64,000 nucleotides of DNA from an uncultured Candidatus Saccharibacteria bacterium. Lineage in GTDB: Bacteria > Patescibacteriota > Minisyncoccia > 2-02-FULL-40-12 > GWA2-44-9. Both the position numbers and the translations under genes were made by a program. The stretch is from assembly GCA_964479835.1 (NCBI GenBank), contig CAYZRE010000002.1, positions 24,987 to 88,986 of the forward strand, written 5' to 3'. Below, one piece after another: positions 1 through 10,313 of this stretch; the stretch's first letter is position 1, and each line of letters starts with the position of its first letter. The notes beneath the pieces were generated by a model. It did not search any database and was not told the origin of the DNA. It worked only from the letters and a program-made list of their open reading frames with translations.

Positions 1-86
1 AGCGGTGTCCCTCGCCGCACAGCTCTGCGTGCGCATCTTCCATACCATTCACGCGCGGTAGCCTCATAGGGGCCCTTCGGGGTCCC

Positions 87-1427
87 TTATTTCTTTTTTA
101 GCAATGGCCCGTAGGGTGTGTCGTCGACGGAGTAGCCGAGTTCTGTGATTTGGTCACGAAGAGCGTCTGATGCGGTCCAGTCTTTCCGGTCGCGTGCCTC
201 TGTGCGTTGCGCGACAATATTCTGAACATCGTCGGGAACTGCCTCGGGCTCGTGCGGGATGATGCCGAATGTCTCGGAGATGAACTCAAAGAATGAAGGG
301 GGAGGCACTGCGCCTTTCGCGTTTGCTTCTCGAATGAGATCAAACACGGCCGCGAATGCTTTGGGTGTGTTGAAGTCGTCATCCATCGCATCGGCGACAG
401 TGGAAACAGCCGGCGTTTCATCGATGAGTATATCAGAGCGCTTCAACATCAGCTCGCCGATACGATTCACGGCGGCCTGTGCAGTATCGAGTGCTGTTGG
501 AGAGAAATCCAATGGAGCGCGATAGTGATTCGATAGGAAATAGAACCGAAGCACGGCCGGTTCGTACTGCTGTAGTGCTTCATGCAAGGTTAGAAAGTTG
601 CCCAGCGATTTGGACATCTTTTCGGATTTATTTTCCAAGAAACCCACATGCATCCAGTATTTCACGAACGGAACCTTACCCGAGGCCGCCTCCTGCTGGG
701 CAATCTCCGCTTCGTGGTGTGGGAACTTGAGGTCCGTGCCGCCGCCGTGTAGGTCGTACTGCGGGCCGAAGGTGTGCTCGGTAATCGCGGTGTCTTCGAT
801 ATGCCAGCCAGGGCGTCCGGCGCCTAATTCGGAGTCTTCCCAGATGGGTTCGTTTGGCTTTGACAGCTTCCAGATGCAAAAATCGCCCGTGTTACGCTTT
901 TTCTCGTTGTCATCTATGCGAGACACCGCATCATCAGCCAGTAGGCCTGTCCTGCCGGACAATTTGCCGTAATCGGGAAAGGTTGTCAGATCAAAATACC
1001 AGCCATCGCCTTCGATGAGGTAGGCGTTGCCGTTTTTTATGAGCGTTTTTACTTGGGCGATAACCTGGGGGATATAATCGGACGCGCGAGCGTACTGTGA
1101 GACGGCGTCGTTACCGAGTGCCAACATGTCGGCTCGGAATGCGTCATCAAATTGTCGGGCATATTCAAGTGGATTCTCGCTCCGCTCGTTGGCGCGGGCG
1201 ATAATGCGGTCATCGATATCGGTGATGTTCTGAATATAATTCACTTCCAATCCTCGATAGCGCAGCCATTTGGCGACCACATCGAAAATAGTAAATGTGC
1301 GCGCGTTGCCGATGTGAACGCGGTCGTAGACAGTGGGTCCGCAGACGAACATCTCAATATGGTCCGGCGTGCGCGGCACCAGCTCTTCAACCTTTCGGGT
1401 CAGCGAGTTGTAGAGCCGAATGGTCAT
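87..1427 (-). CDS. cysS: Cysteine--tRNA ligase
   Basis: CGPTVY, HIGN, GRPGWHIE, FPHHE and KMSKS class I motifs. Confidence 0.97.
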   Translation of the reverse strand: MTIRLYNSLTRKVEELVPRTPDHIEMFVCGPTVYDRVHIGNARTFTIFDVVAKWLRYRGLEVNYIQNITDIDDRIIARANERSENPLEYARQFDDAFRADMLALGNDAVSQYARASDYIPQVIAQVKTLIKNGNAYLIEGDGWYFDLTTFPDYGKLSGRTGLLADDAVSRIDDNEKKRNTGDFCIWKLSKPNEPIWEDSELGAGRPGWHIEDTAITEHTFGPQYDLHGGGTDLKFPHHEAEIAQQEAASGKVPFVKYWMHVGFLENKSEKMSKSLGNFLTLHEALQQYEPAVLRFYFLSNHYRAPLDFSPTALDTAQAAVNRIGELMLKRSDILIDETPAVSTVADAMDDDFNTPKAFAAVFDLIREANAKGAVPPPSFFEFISETFGIIPHEPEAVPDDVQNIVAQRTEARDRKDWTASDALRDQITELGYSVDDTPYGPLLKKK

Positions 1428-1430
1428 TGG

Positions 1431-2696
1431 CTACGAAAATAACACAAACAGCGTCCCGGTCAAAAGGAAGAAGAGTGCTCCGATGCCAAGCGTATGCACG
1501 GGCAGCGAGGAGCGGTGCGGTCCGACGATGTCCGGATTCTTCGCCATGTGAACGACCAAACCGATGAGTAGCGGCGAACTGATGCCCATGGCGATGGCTG
1601 ACCAGAACAAAGCCTGCACCGGTGTGATCCCCAGGAAGGGGACAATCATACCGACGACGACCGCGCCCACCATAACCAGATAGAACGGGCGCACACGGTT
1701 GAACGGTTTATCGATGCTGGCCTGCCACCCCATCATTTCAGATAACGCGTATGCGGCTGAACCTGCAAGAACCGGAATAGCAAGGAGCCCCGCGCTGATG
1801 ATACCCAAGGTAAACAGAAGAAAGGCGTACTTACCGGCGAATGGCTCTAGGGCGACTGCGGCATCGCGTAATGAAGCGATCTCGGTTGTGCCTCCGGTAT
1901 TCCAGATAACTGAGGCCATGAGCGAAATAATGAAGAACGATATGAGATTTGACGCAATCATGCCAAATTTAGTGTCCAAACCGATAGCGGCCAGCATGCC
2001 GTGGTGAACCGGCCTGAACTTACAGATGCGGATATGGGGACGGTCGAGTTTAAGCTCTTCGGCTTCTTGGGACGCCTGCCAAAAATAGAGATACGGCGAC
2101 AGTGTGGTGCCCAATACCGCGAATGCTGTCAGAAGGAAATCGCGCGATGGTATGACCGTCGGTACCAGCGTACGCCATGCGATAGTGAACCAGTCGGGCC
2201 GGACCAGCACCAAGGCGATGCCATACACAAACAATGACAGCGCGAACCACTTGAAGAACATTTCTATCTGCCGGTAGCGGAGCACAATAACCATGACCAT
2301 GATTATGACCGACATGGCGATTGCCGCAGCCTCGATCGGCACCGAGGGTAGTAACAGATTCACCGCTCCGGCCATGCCGTACATGTCTGCGCCGATGTTG
2401 AGCGTGTTCGCAATCACAATCGAGCCGACCGCAAGCGCCAGCACCCACCCGGGGTAGTGCTTACGGATGTTGCCCGCGAGTCCGCATCCCGACAACGCGC
2501 CGATGCGCGCACACATATTCTGGATGGCAATCATGAACGGCAAAATCCACAGCAGTAACCAGGACAACGCAAAACCAAACCGCGCGCCTGCAATGGCATA
2601 CGTTGCGATAGCCGACGGGTCGTTGTCAGCCGCGCCCGTGACCAGCCCGGGTCCAAGATTTTTCCAGTACTGCGCCAACTTGTCTCTCAGAGTCAT
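1431..2696 (-). CDS. NRAMP-family divalent metal transporter
   Basis: GPGLVTGAADNDP N-terminal motif, GTT..PY, about 11 TM segments; start moved to MTLRDK because the longer ORF start overlaps the CIRCE. Confidence 0.88.
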   Translation of the reverse strand: MTLRDKLAQYWKNLGPGLVTGAADNDPSAIATYAIAGARFGFALSWLLLWILPFMIAIQNMCARIGALSGCGLAGNIRKHYPGWVLALAVGSIVIANTLNIGADMYGMAGAVNLLLPSVPIEAAAIAMSVIIMVMVIVLRYRQIEMFFKWFALSLFVYGIALVLVRPDWFTIAWRTLVPTVIPSRDFLLTAFAVLGTTLSPYLYFWQASQEAEELKLDRPHIRICKFRPVHHGMLAAIGLDTKFGMIASNLISFFIISLMASVIWNTGGTTEIASLRDAAVALEPFAGKYAFLLFTLGIISAGLLAIPVLAGSAAYALSEMMGWQASIDKPFNRVRPFYLVMVGAVVVGMIVPFLGITPVQALFWSAIAMGISSPLLIGLVVHMAKNPDIVGPHRSSLPVHTLGIGALFFLLTGTLFVLFS

Positions 2697-2732
2697 AGTT
2701 GTTTTCAGTATACCATACCCCCGTGTGGATAA

Positions 2733-2759
2733 TTGGCACTCTTGACGCGCGAGTGCCAA
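2733..2759. promoter_or_regulatory. CIRCE operator (HrcA site)
   Basis: TTGGCACTC-N9-GAGTGCCAA perfect inverted repeat directly upstream of hrcA. Confidence 0.95.
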
Positions 2760-2770
2760 TTTTGTAGACT
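2742..2770 (+). promoter_or_regulatory. sigma70 promoter of the hrcA operon (leaderless)
   Basis: TTGACG-N17-TAGACT with ATG 6 nt after the -10; the -35 lies inside the CIRCE spacer. Confidence 0.8.
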
Positions 2771-2776
2771 GGCAGA

Positions 2777-3541
2777 ATGGTAGTCAGACTGCTAACCCCG
2801 CGACAGCATCAGCTGCTCTGGCGGGTCATAGACCAGCATATCGAAACGGGCGAACCCGTCTCCAGTAAGGCCATAGAATCCAGCGGCCAGTTTGATGTAC
2901 GCTCGGCAACGATTCGCAACGAGATGTCTGATTTGGAAGACATGGGGTTTCTGGAACAACTGCACACCTCCGGGGGCCGCGTGCCGACCGCCTTGGCATA
3001 CCGGCTCTATGTGAACGATTTAGTAGCCGCCGAGGGAATCACCATTGGGCAGGCTTTACGGCACCGCGTCGATGGAGCGCTCAACGATACGGACATGAGC
3101 GATGCCGAAGCGCTCAATCGCACGCTGGCACGATTGGTGGGCGAGTTGTCCAGCAACCTGGTTATTGCGAACACCTCCGAACGTCAGGACGCCTACAAAT
3201 TCGGTCTTTCGAACCTGATGGCGATTGCGGAATTTCGTGAGATGGACCGCCTTATGGGGCTGACCGATTTTTTTGATCATTTTGAGTCTATGTTCGAGCG
3301 GATGCATCAGCAAATGTGGCGGCAGGAGGAAGGGGATGTAAAAGTAATGATAGGAACCGAGAATCCACTGCGACAGATACAGGATGAAGCGGTCATCGTC
3401 GCACGGTACCGCCTCCCCCGAGGTCACGAGGGAACGCTCACCCTGGTAGGACCGATGCGCATGGATTATCGCAAGAATCTGGGACTGATGACCTACGCAG
3501 CACAGATAGCAAACCGTATTACCGATAGCACCCGAAACTAA
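2777..3541 (+). CDS. hrcA: Heat-inducible transcription repressor HrcA
   Basis: SATIRNEM..LE..G.L.Q.HTS.GRVPT wHTH motif, GPMRMDY C-terminus, CIRCE upstream. Confidence 0.95.
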   Translation: MVVRLLTPRQHQLLWRVIDQHIETGEPVSSKAIESSGQFDVRSATIRNEMSDLEDMGFLEQLHTSGGRVPTALAYRLYVNDLVAAEGITIGQALRHRVDGALNDTDMSDAEALNRTLARLVGELSSNLVIANTSERQDAYKFGLSNLMAIAEFREMDRLMGLTDFFDHFESMFERMHQQMWRQEEGDVKVMIGTENPLRQIQDEAVIVARYRLPRGHEGTLTLVGPMRMDYRKNLGLMTYAAQIANRITDSTRN

Positions 3542-3542
3542 T

Positions 3543-3992
3543 ATGACACACGCACCAAAAAACCAAGAACCGGAAGTATCGATGATTGAGAAAGAGAAGT
3601 ATCTGCGACTTGCCGCCGATATGGACAATCTCCGAAAGACCCAAGCCCACGCCGCGGCCGAAATGGCAAAGTGGGCGACGCAGGCGGTTGTCACCGATAT
3701 GTTGGAGCTCTCTGATCTCCTGGATACCGCACTGGCACATGCACCGCCGACAGCGACAGACGGTGCCTGGTATGAGGGGTTACGACAGGTGGCGAAGCAG
3801 TTCCTGGAAAAGCTAAAACGATACGGGGTCTCGAGGATTGAGACAACAGGGAGGACATTTGATCCTTCAACGATGGAGGCGGTACAGATGGTGACGGGTG
3901 GTGAGAGTCATCAGGTGAAAGAAGAAGTGCGGGCAGGATATATAATGCACGAGAGAATCATTCGGCCGGCGAGGGTCATTATCTACGAATAA
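3543..3992 (+). CDS. grpE: Nucleotide exchange factor GrpE
   Basis: YLRLAADMDNLRK, FDP..MEAV, GY....RIIRPARV motifs; lies between hrcA and dnaK. Confidence 0.95.
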   Translation: MTHAPKNQEPEVSMIEKEKYLRLAADMDNLRKTQAHAAAEMAKWATQAVVTDMLELSDLLDTALAHAPPTATDGAWYEGLRQVAKQFLEKLKRYGVSRIETTGRTFDPSTMEAVQMVTGGESHQVKEEVRAGYIMHERIIRPARVIIYE

Positions 3993-4009
3993 TTAACTAA
4001 CAAAATAAC

Positions 4010-5893
4010 ATGACAAAAATACTGGGAATTGATTTGGGAACAACGAACTCGGCAATGGCGATTGTCGAAGATGGTCAGCCGCGTATTTTGGAGAACGCAG
4101 AAGGGGTTCGCACAACGCCGTCGATTGTGGCAGTCGGTAAGAATGGCGAGCGCTACACCGGGGTGACGGCGAAGCGACAGGCGGTCACGAATCCGAAGAA
4201 CACGCTGTATTCTGTGAAACGGCTTATCGGTCGTCGTTGGGGCGACGCTGAAGTACAACGCGATTTGAAACTGTTGCCGTATGAAATCCGCAAAGGTGCG
4301 GGGGACTCGGTAGAGGTGAAGATGGGCGACAAGTGGTACAAACCGGCAGAAATGTCGGCGATGGTGTTGGGCAAACTCAAATCTGATGCCGAAGCAAAGC
4401 TCGGTACGAAAATCACTGAGGCCATCATTACGGTCCCGGCATATTTTGACGACTCACAGCGTCAGGCAACAAAAGACGCCGGCGAAATCGCGGGACTGAC
4501 CGTGAAGCGCGTTATCAACGAGCCGACCGCGGCGGCGTTGGCATACGGTTTCAACAAGAAGAAAGACGAAAAAATTGTGGTGTACGATTTCGGCGGCGGG
4601 ACCTTCGATATTTCGGTATTGGAAGTCAGCGCCGATACCATCGAGGTCAAGGCGACCGGCGGAGACACGCACCTGGGAGGCGACGATATCGACCAGCGCA
4701 TCATCCAACACTTTGTCGAGGAGTTCAAAAAGGACCAGGGTGTTGATGTATCGCATGACCAGCTGGCCCTCCAGCGTCTTAAAGATGCCGCAGAAAAAGC
4801 AAAGCACGAACTGTCCAGTACTGCGCAGACGGAAATCAATATCCCGTTTTTGACCGCAGACGCATCGGGTCCCAAGCATTTCAGTCTCACCCTGACCCGT
4901 TCAAAACTTGAAGCCCTCACCCAGGACCTCATCGACCGTTCAATTGATCTCACGAAGAAGGCCGTTGCCGATGCCGGACTGAAGATGGGCGATATTCACG
5001 AGGTGTTGATGGTCGGCGGTCAGACCCGCATGCCGGCAATCGTGGATGCAGTGAAGACATTGTTCGGCAAAGAGCCGCACCGTGACATCAATCCTGACGA
5101 GGTAGTGGCGCTTGGCGCGGCCATCCAGGGTGCCGTGATGTCCGGTGATGTCCGCGATGTCCTTCTCCTGGATGTAACGCCATTGACCCTTGGCATTGAG
5201 ACACTCGGTAGTGTTATGACGCAGATGATTGAGAAGAACACTACGGTGCCGACCAGCAAGAGCCAGACCTTCAGTACCGCGGCCGACAATCAGCCGTCCG
5301 TGCAGATTCGCGTAGCCCAAGGTGAACGGCCGATGTTCAACGACAATAAGTATCTCGGCGAGTTCAATCTCGACGGTATCCCACCGGCACCGCGCGGCGT
5401 GCCGCAAGTTGAAGTAACCTTCGATATCGATGCTAACGGCATCCTCCATGTGAAAGCAAAAGATAAGGGAACCGGTAAAGAGCACTCTATCCGTATCGAG
5501 GGCTCCGGAGGTTTGAGCAAGGAGGAGAAGGAACGCATGGTCAAAGATGCTCAGGAACACTCCGCAGAGGACGCTACAAAAAAAGAAGAGGTGGACGCTA
5601 AGAACGCGGCCGAGACGCTCATGTGGACAACCGAGAAGATGTTGCATGACAACAAGGACAAGATTAAAGAGGAAGATAAAAAGGATATAGAGGGAAAAAT
5701 CATGGAGTTAAAGAACGCACTCAAAGACGGAGAGATGGAAAAAATCCGCACAACAGGGGATGCGCTGGGGGAGGCGGCACAGAAGGTCGGCGCCGCGATG
5801 TACGCGCAGGAAGAAAAGAAAACCGGCGAACCCGAGACTCAAACTGCCCAAGAAGCAAAGCCGGAGGAAAAAGCAGAGGAAAAGAAGGAATAA
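4010..5893 (+). CDS. dnaK: Chaperone DnaK
   Basis: [34 protein letters not shown]. Confidence 0.99.
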   Translation: MTKILGIDLGTTNSAMAIVEDGQPRILENAEGVRTTPSIVAVGKNGERYTGVTAKRQAVTNPKNTLYSVKRLIGRRWGDAEVQRDLKLLPYEIRKGAGDSVEVKMGDKWYKPAEMSAMVLGKLKSDAEAKLGTKITEAIITVPAYFDDSQRQATKDAGEIAGLTVKRVINEPTAAALAYGFNKKKDEKIVVYDFGGGTFDISVLEVSADTIEVKATGGDTHLGGDDIDQRIIQHFVEEFKKDQGVDVSHDQLALQRLKDAAEKAKHELSSTAQTEINIPFLTADASGPKHFSLTLTRSKLEALTQDLIDRSIDLTKKAVADAGLKMGDIHEVLMVGGQTRMPAIVDAVKTLFGKEPHRDINPDEVVALGAAIQGAVMSGDVRDVLLLDVTPLTLGIETLGSVMTQMIEKNTTVPTSKSQTFSTAADNQPSVQIRVAQGERPMFNDNKYLGEFNLDGIPPAPRGVPQVEVTFDIDANGILHVKAKDKGTGKEHSIRIEGSGGLSKEEKERMVKDAQEHSAEDATKKEEVDAKNAAETLMWTTEKMLHDNKDKIKEEDKKDIEGKIMELKNALKDGEMEKIRTTGDALGEAAQKVGAAMYAQEEKKTGEPETQTAQEAKPEEKAEEKKE

Positions 5894-5908
5894 TGATACA
5901 ATAAACAG

Positions 5909-6709
5909 ATGGGGTCGGCATCGTACAAGCGTATCGTACTCATTGTCGCTATTGTGATTTGCGCTGCGCTGACATGGGCAACCGCAAAGCCATGGCTAGA
6001 AAGTCCGCTACGGTTCTCCGGCTGGCTACGGCCGTTCTGGCCGGCCCTCTCGGTCACGGTGCTTGCCGCAGTAGCAGGAGTGTCATTCTGTCTGCTTCAG
6101 AGTAGATGGGACCGTCTGGCGGCTATTTTAGCCTCTTGGGCAGCATTTATCGTATTTTGGCAACCTGATATTTGGTATCTATCAGCATTACCGCTGTTCG
6201 TGCTGTTGTGGTATGAATCGTCACGACGGATACAGGACGACATGCACGACCGACGTACCGTACGCATTAATGCAGCGCTGGGTCGTGGGGTGAAACTCAT
6301 CCTCCTGGGAGCATTTCTGATGGTATCGGTTGGGTTCTATCTCCTGCCGGAAAATCGTTCGGCCGACATCAGCACGCTGAGCCGCGGTGTTCAGGGGAGT
6401 CTCGACGACGCCTATGACAGCAAACTGGTGCGTGGCCAGCTCGATGAGCTACCGGTATCTCTGCAGGCCCAGTTCAGGAATGACATCGCGCAGTCTGTGG
6501 ACGAGTTCTTCCATAACAATCTCGGGCGCTGGAGCGGGTATGTGCCGCCTTTTTTGGCATTCGCGCTCTTCCTGGTGCTATGGTCGGTGTCCTTTATCCT
6601 TCGGGAGGTTGCTATCTGGCTCGGCGTCCTGTTGTTCAAGTTCTTGCGAGTGGTGAAGTTTATCAGAATCGAGGAAAAAGAAGTGAAGGCGGAAGTAATA
6701 ACGCTCTAG
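5909..6709 (+). CDS. Hypothetical multi-pass membrane protein
   Basis: 266 aa with several hydrophobic helices; TACAAT 7 nt before ATG. Confidence 0.75.
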   Translation: MGSASYKRIVLIVAIVICAALTWATAKPWLESPLRFSGWLRPFWPALSVTVLAAVAGVSFCLLQSRWDRLAAILASWAAFIVFWQPDIWYLSALPLFVLLWYESSRRIQDDMHDRRTVRINAALGRGVKLILLGAFLMVSVGFYLLPENRSADISTLSRGVQGSLDDAYDSKLVRGQLDELPVSLQAQFRNDIAQSVDEFFHNNLGRWSGYVPPFLAFALFLVLWSVSFILREVAIWLGVLLFKFLRVVKFIRIEEKEVKAEVITL

Positions 6710-6722
6710 AAGAGTACTCGTA

Positions 6723-7493
6723 ATGCCCGCAGACCCCTATACAACCCTTGGAGTAAGCAAAAGCGCCTCGCACGACGAGATAAAGAAGGCGTACCGCAAG
6801 CTCGCGCACCAACACCACCCCGATAAAAAGGGTGGCGATGAGGCACGGTTCAAGGATGTGAACGAGGCGTATCAAATTCTGGGCGATACAGAAAAAAAGG
6901 CGCGGTATGACCAGTTCGGACATGCCGGCTCGCAAGGTGGATTTGGCGGTGCACAGGGCGGGTATCAGGATTTTAATTTTGATTTCGGCGGGCAGGGCGG
7001 GGGATTCGAAAATATTTTTGATATGTTTACGGGGGGCGGATTCGGTGCGGCTCGTCAAAGGCCCGAAAAAGGTGAGGATTTGCATTTGAGTATTCAGGTC
7101 AGCGCAAAAGACTTAGGGAAACAGAAGGTGTACGAATTCGAAGCTTTTGTTGCCTGCGATGACTGCTCCGGTACCGGAGCAAAAGATGCTAAGCTTCGGG
7201 TGTGTACGGACTGCAAGGGCCAGGGTCGTGTCCAGCAGGCAGTTCGCACGCCGCTGGGCACATTCGCCCAAGTTGTCGCGTGCCGCACCTGCGGTGGCGA
7301 TGGAGAGGTTGCCGAGCACACCTGCGCGCATTGCCATGGCGTCGGTCGCAATAAGGCAAAGCGAAAACTGGAACTACACATCCCTGCGCACATCAATGAC
7401 CAGTATCTGATTGCATTTCCGATTGCGGGCAATGCCGGCCTCGGTGGAGTGCCGGCGGGCGACTTGCTGGTGACTATCCGAGTAGGGAAGTAG
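6723..7493 (+). CDS. dnaJ: DnaJ, C-terminally short (256 aa)
   Basis: J domain with HPD, G/F-rich region, four CxxCxGxG repeats; ends right after GDLLVTIRV. Confidence 0.9.
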   Translation: MPADPYTTLGVSKSASHDEIKKAYRKLAHQHHPDKKGGDEARFKDVNEAYQILGDTEKKARYDQFGHAGSQGGFGGAQGGYQDFNFDFGGQGGGFENIFDMFTGGGFGAARQRPEKGEDLHLSIQVSAKDLGKQKVYEFEAFVACDDCSGTGAKDAKLRVCTDCKGQGRVQQAVRTPLGTFAQVVACRTCGGDGEVAEHTCAHCHGVGRNKAKRKLELHIPAHINDQYLIAFPIAGNAGLGGVPAGDLLVTIRVGK

Positions 7494-7518
7494 TCCGTTG
7501 ACATCGTAAGGAGGAGCC

Positions 7519-8199
7519 ATGACAGTAATGGTGTCGTACCAAGAATGGACGACGCGATACATGGATGAACTGCACCAAGCAGGTGCGACGAGAGAAGATG
7601 CAGCGGTCGCCGTGTTGCTCGGGTGGGACATCCTGCGGACACATCAGGCGTGCTACGGTGTCGAGAGTACGACGCCGGTGCATTTCTCAGCTATCCCCTC
7701 AACCATCACAACAAACCACATTGCACACGTCGCAGCCTGCTGCAGTGGTCCACGGTTCGGCGGCGACGAATTCTATGTCGTGTATGTACCGGGTCAGGCA
7801 AAGTATGTCGCCGATTGGCAGCATTTCACCAGCGGTCGGGTTTCCGCAGGCATATTTTTGGAAGGTATCGCGGTCCACGAAGTCCGCCACCGCGTACAGA
7901 ATCGAGAAACTGCAACACTACGCATGTTCGAGCGTGATAAACTAGCCGGCCAATGGCCCGACGAACACACTGCGGTTGTCGCAATGAACATGCACGAACA
8001 GTTCTTCGAAGATGAGCGACATGACCGGGCCGCCGGGATGTCTCCGGAGGATCTCGCCTGGCTCTACTCGGAGGAAGAATACGACGCAGCTGTTGTGGAG
8101 CGACTGTTCATCCACCGGCACGACACAGTCGTCACTGACGACCAGTTGGCCTCTTTCGTCAGAATGAATTGCCCGCGTATGCCGTCTCGCCGCTCGTAA
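7519..8199 (+). CDS. Orphan zincin-like metallopeptidase (HExxH)
   Basis: AVHEVRH motif plus downstream EEEYDA; strong SD AAGGAGG. Confidence 0.6.
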   Translation: MTVMVSYQEWTTRYMDELHQAGATREDAAVAVLLGWDILRTHQACYGVESTTPVHFSAIPSTITTNHIAHVAACCSGPRFGGDEFYVVYVPGQAKYVADWQHFTSGRVSAGIFLEGIAVHEVRHRVQNRETATLRMFERDKLAGQWPDEHTAVVAMNMHEQFFEDERHDRAAGMSPEDLAWLYSEEEYDAAVVERLFIHRHDTVVTDDQLASFVRMNCPRMPSRRS

Positions 8200-8217
8200 T
8201 CGGGCGGCGTTTTCTTT
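8188..8217 (+). terminator. Intrinsic terminator
   Basis: CGCCGCTCG-TAAT-CGGGCGGCG followed by TTTTCTTT. Confidence 0.75.
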
Positions 8218-8243
8218 ATGACTCGGTGGCGTATACTAAGGGT

Positions 8244-8786
8244 ATGGATTCGATTCTGGCACGCATACCGTCATGGCCCGGCACGGCAGTCTTGTCCGAG
8301 GCCCTACGGGACCCTAAAGGGCTCTTCGCGATGCTTGCGGTCGTTATGTTGGTGCTGTATGGGTTGTCAGTGGGGCGAACCAGAGCGCTAGTGTCGCTCT
8401 TGAGTATTTATGTCGCGTACATGCTTGCCGTGCTGTTCCCGTATTTGCCCTGGATAGCGGAGAAGCTACCGGAACAGTATCGGTCGCTGGGCGCCGTGGG
8501 ATTGTTTATTGTTTTATACGCCCTCACATTCATTATCCTGTCGCAATCGATGCTCAGAGGTCGCCTGACCCTGGGCGAAATATCGCTCTGGCAAGTTTTA
8601 GTTATTTCGGTTGTGCAAATAGGACTCCTGGCGAGCATATGTCTGTCACTGATTTCCGTGGAGAGAGGCGAGCAGCTTATCGGGCCGATGTACCCTTGGC
8701 TCGGAGGTTCTCGCACGCTATGGGCGTGGGCGGTTGCCTCGCTTCTCATTATGCCGTTTATGCGGTCCCGTAGCCGACGGGACTGA
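8244..8786 (+). CDS. Hypothetical membrane protein
   Basis: About 5 TM helices; TATACT-N6-ATG leaderless start. Confidence 0.75.
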   Translation: MDSILARIPSWPGTAVLSEALRDPKGLFAMLAVVMLVLYGLSVGRTRALVSLLSIYVAYMLAVLFPYLPWIAEKLPEQYRSLGAVGLFIVLYALTFIILSQSMLRGRLTLGEISLWQVLVISVVQIGLLASICLSLISVERGEQLIGPMYPWLGGSRTLWAWAVASLLIMPFMRSRSRRD

Positions 8787-8798
8787 GCTCCGTTCCCT

Positions 8799-8904
8799 AC
8801 CGCCCCGATATCCCGACTCGGTATCGCTGTCTCCGTCTTCTGACGGAGCATCTCGTTCTCGCGCCGTCGCGCTCCGAAGCCCCTCGCTGGAATACCGGGG
8901 CGGT
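8799..8904 (-). repeat. Structured intergenic element A
   Basis: 16-bp closing stem (G-U compatible on the minus strand); core GCTTCGGAG-CGCGACGGCGC-GAGAACG shared with the 37306 and 40314 elements. Confidence 0.7.
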
Positions 8905-8929
8905 CTGTCGCTTGCAAGCAAGATTAATT

Positions 8930-8954
8930 AAACGGCTCATCAAATGAGCCGTTT
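8930..8954. repeat. Dispersed palindrome AAACGGCTCA..TGAGCCGTTT, copy 1
   Basis: AAACGGCTCAT-CAA-ATGAGCCGTTT. Confidence 0.9.
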
Positions 8955-8965
8955 ATCCCGTCTGC

Positions 8966-9128
8966 GCGAACGCCTGCGCTTGACCGAGTTCAAGGCGCAA
9001 GCGAGGACCGAACCGAGCCGTACTTATGATACGGCGAGGGAGGACCACAGTGAGCAACGAAGAAATCGGGTAAGCCCGCAGGGTGGGAACGCCACTCATT
9101 CCATGGTGGCGCCCACGCAGGCGTTCGC
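8966..9128. repeat. Structured intergenic element B
   Basis: Perfect 13-bp terminal inverted repeat GCGAACGCCTGCG/CGCAGGCGTTCGC with internal hairpins. Confidence 0.65.
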
Positions 9129-9130
9129 TG

Positions 9131-9697
9131 CTATTTCGCGCGCTCTACATACTGACCGGTCTCAGTATTCACGACAATGCTATCGCCTTCGTTGACGAAC
9201 AGCGGGACATTAATGGATGCGCCGCAATCAAGTTTCACCTGCTTACTGCCGCCGGTCGCGGTGTCACCGCGGATGCCGGGGGGAGCTTCGACGACTTCGT
9301 AGGTCATTTTGATGGGCAGAGTGATGGTGATGACCTTGTCGTTCCATGACAGTGCCTCGAGCACGGTGTTGGGTTTGAGAAACTTAGCCTGGTCCCCGAT
9401 GAGTTCTTCGGTGAGGAGAAATCGTTTCGAGGGGTCTTTCGGGTCGGCGAACCAGAACTCATCGCGATGGTTGTAGAGAAATTTCACTTCACGGCGGGCA
9501 ACATCCGCTTCTTCGAACACATCGGACTGTGCGAGATTGCGCTCAAGAACTTTGCCGTTGAGCAGATTGCGCATTCGAGTTTGCACAACCGGGCGCCGTT
9601 GCTGCATTTTCAAATGGTGTGTTTCCAAGACCATGAACGGCTGGTCTTCGTAGATGAAATAGGTTTTCGGGTGTAAATCGTTGACTCCGAGAGACAT
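9131..9697 (-). CDS. efp: Elongation factor P
   Basis: PGIRGDTATGGSK, VPLFVNEGD.I.VNT.TG.YVER. Confidence 0.96.
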   Translation of the reverse strand: MSLGVNDLHPKTYFIYEDQPFMVLETHHLKMQQRRPVVQTRMRNLLNGKVLERNLAQSDVFEEADVARREVKFLYNHRDEFWFADPKDPSKRFLLTEELIGDQAKFLKPNTVLEALSWNDKVITITLPIKMTYEVVEAPPGIRGDTATGGSKQVKLDCGASINVPLFVNEGDSIVVNTETGQYVERAK

Positions 9698-9772
9698 ATA
9701 AGAGCGGTTAAAATTGCCGATGTATTGTAGCAGAATATGGGGATATGTAAAGAAAAAAAGAAAACCGCCCGG

Positions 9773-10261
9773 CTAGAGGCGGGGCGGTGTGGCAGGGGCA
9801 TGTCTGCCGATGAATGCGGGTCTGTAGATGAGAACTTTGATGCCCAGTATGTCGGCGTGCCTCTGAATCGCCGCGTGGCGTTTGCAGTTCTCACCATCGT
9901 CAGGGATATATACCTGATCAATGAAATTGCAAGACGCGAGCGTTTGCCAGAGCGCATCCGAGCTATCAGTGAGAGGCTCCAAAAACGGCGAGAACAGTGC
10001 GATGTCGCGAATGGTTTCGGGTTCGATGACGCTGACGCCCTCAACAGCGAGAACTGCAGTAAGCATGTCATACGCGACTTCCCAGACGAGACTTCGTTGC
10101 GCTTCGGGCATATGGGCCGGTTCCGAAATATATGCCCGTGGCCGCGGCAGGCGCGCGATGATCTCCATCAATACCTTTGACGCACGCTGCCTCGGTCGAG
10201 GCCCGTCGTCGGATATCACTCCCAGGCGGGTGAGGTCGGCCAGCTCGACCGCTTCAATCAT
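9773..10261 (-). CDS. Orphan hypothetical protein (SD-led cassette)
   Basis: SD GAGGTG, promoter TTGACT-N16-CATACT, GC hairpin with U-tract at about 9752-9788. Confidence 0.6.
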   Translation of the reverse strand: MIEAVELADLTRLGVISDDGPRPRQRASKVLMEIIARLPRPRAYISEPAHMPEAQRSLVWEVAYDMLTAVLAVEGVSVIEPETIRDIALFSPFLEPLTDSSDALWQTLASCNFIDQVYIPDDGENCKRHAAIQRHADILGIKVLIYRPAFIGRHAPATPPRL

Positions 10262-10313
10262 AACTGCACCTCTATGAAGTACTGGCGGTAGTATGCGTCA
10301 CAGTCGCGATTAG

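Noticed and set aside
1-67. Start of a minus-strand gene at the window edge
   Set aside because: Too little sequence to assign a frame or product
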